DNA of 41,165 nucleotides from Thermoplasmatota archaeon (GTDB lineage Archaea; Thermoplasmatota; Penumbrarchaeia; Penumbrarchaeales; Penumbrarchaeaceae): NCBI GenBank assembly GCA_965234725.1, contig CBDDUX010000059.1, positions 1 to 41,165 of the forward strand, read 5' to 3'. Shown piece by piece: positions 39,997 to 41,165 of this stretch (position 1 is its first letter; each line of letters starts with the position of its first letter). The notes under the pieces were generated by a model. It saw only the letters and a program-made list of their open reading frames with translations, ran no database searches and was not told where the DNA came from. The position numbers and the translations under genes were made by a program.

Positions 39997-40488
39997 ATGA
40001 AGGTGAGGAGATCATTTATTCCATTTCTTATCTTGGTATTATTGGTTTTATTATCAAGATCTGTATTAGGAAATGGTACCGTTGAACCTGATTGGTATGC
40101 CACTCCACTATTCCTTATTTTATTGATCCTTTTTATAGGTCCACTGATCGAATCAATGATCGTGGGATTGTTCCTTAGTAAGGAAGAGATTTTGAGAATT
40201 CGAATATACTTTATTTTTTATTTCTTTGTTATTAATCTATTTACAGTACCAATAACTCAATTTTTAGTAATGTTTCTATCCGATTTATATCGTACCAATC
40301 TGTTTTTACTCGCAGAGATATTTCCAATTATTATGGAATTCTTTGCAATATTCATCTTTATTAATCATTACAATAAAAAGAAATTGATGAGGTCCGAATA
40401 TTCATTGAAGTATATTTTCCTCATGGCATTAGTTTCTAATATAGCTACTATTATAATGGGATTGTTTTTATATTACTTTATAAAATAA
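39997..40488 (+). CDS. Hypothetical integral membrane protein
   Basis: Signal-like N-terminus and about 4 hydrophobic helices; very AT-rich. Confidence 0.65.
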   Translation: MKVRRSFIPFLILVLLVLLSRSVLGNGTVEPDWYATPLFLILLILFIGPLIESMIVGLFLSKEEILRIRIYFIFYFFVINLFTVPITQFLVMFLSDLYRTNLFLLAEIFPIIMEFFAIFIFINHYNKKKLMRSEYSLKYIFLMALVSNIATIIMGLFLYYFIK

Positions 40489-40542
40489 GAAGAAATATCA
40501 AGAACAAATCATCACATTCAAATCTTTCAAAGAACAGAATTA

Positions 40543-41040
40543 TCATCTATGAATATACTTATCCACAATTATTGCAATATTTAAACAAACCAGTAAAAAT
40601 AGTATTATTATTGTAATAATGAAAATCCAACACATATGATCCATAGGAAACAATTGATCAAATAAAGAACGTGGATGAGGGGGATACCCTCCGGAATGTA
40701 TAGTTACTTGAATTTCTTTATAATAGGTTGAATTATCCGAGTATTTTATTGTCACGTTTACCAAATATAATCCAGTTTTATCATATGTATGGGCTGCGAT
40801 CTTGCCATAACTCCAATCCGTAAATGTTCCATCTCCCCAATTGTAATAATACTGCACATTATCATCGTTTGGGTATTCGAGAGAATGTCCATTTACTATG
40901 ATAGGTTGTTCGTGATAGTAATAACTAATATTATTATCTCCATAATTATTTGTATTATATGAAGAAGATATCATAATATGGTCTTGTAATATGGAGGAAA
41001 TTAGTATACCCATTATGAAAAATGTTAACCTCCTTCCCAT
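40543..41040 (-). CDS. PKD-domain membrane-anchored protein
   Basis: YYYNWGDGT...HTYDKTGLYLVNVT PKD motif; C-terminal TM. Confidence 0.75.
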   Translation of the reverse strand: MGRRLTFFIMGILISSILQDHIMISSSYNTNNYGDNNISYYYHEQPIIVNGHSLEYPNDDNVQYYYNWGDGTFTDWSYGKIAAHTYDKTGLYLVNVTIKYSDNSTYYKEIQVTIHSGGYPPHPRSLFDQLFPMDHMCWIFIITIIILFLLVCLNIAIIVDKYIHR

Positions 41041-41101
41041 AAGAAATCATTTAAATCTTCACTAATAAAACCTACCACTTCATGAATACATTCGAAATGA
41101 G

Positions 41102-41150
41102 TTCCAATTATCGCCGAATACGGCAAAATCTAAATGGTGAGAAGATGTTT
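41102..41150 (+). repeat. 49-bp direct repeat, copy 2
   Basis: TTCCAATTATCGCCGAATACGGCAAAATCTAAATGGTGAGAAGATGTTT. Confidence 0.9.
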
Positions 41151-41165
41151 CCTAAAGTGGACGGG

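Noticed and set aside
39874..41150. Classical integron attC sites or CRISPR repeats
   Set aside because: No R-box consensus, no integrase in the window, and 1.2-kb spacing; kept only as an unexplained repeat.

Overview
Archaeal chromosomal window, probably Thermoplasmatota (an inference from gene content: A-type ATPase, archaeal pantoate kinase, Thi4, large Ig-like surface proteins with Zn-ribbon or acidic tails). From left to right: (1) the apparent right end of a casposon, with a stand-alone Cas1 carrying a C-terminal HTH-like tail, a Zn-finger/HEPN-like cargo gene and a palindrome-rich GGGG terminus 7 bp from the CCA end of tRNA-Leu(CAG); (2) CoA biosynthesis genes (pantoate kinase with a ~90-aa insert, coaBC) and a 1.45-kaa surface protein; (3) a ~7-kb AT-rich defence island with two HTH/nucleotidyltransferase (AbiE-like) pairs, a 137-bp MITE-like element and an HNH-effector Lamassu/ABC-3C system, the last two bracketed by a duplicated 3' end of a PqqD-like gene; (4) an OPT transporter operon and two more giant surface proteins; (5) an A-type ATP synthase operon H-I-K-E-C-F-A without B and D, whose c subunit (K) carries a signal peptide and an acidic DxDxDG domain; (6) an IS3 remnant, a thi4-thiE(ThiD2 fusion)-thiC operon, and AT-rich small genes separated by a 49-bp direct repeat. 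No CRISPR array was found. All family assignments come from motif recognition by eye, not from database searches.
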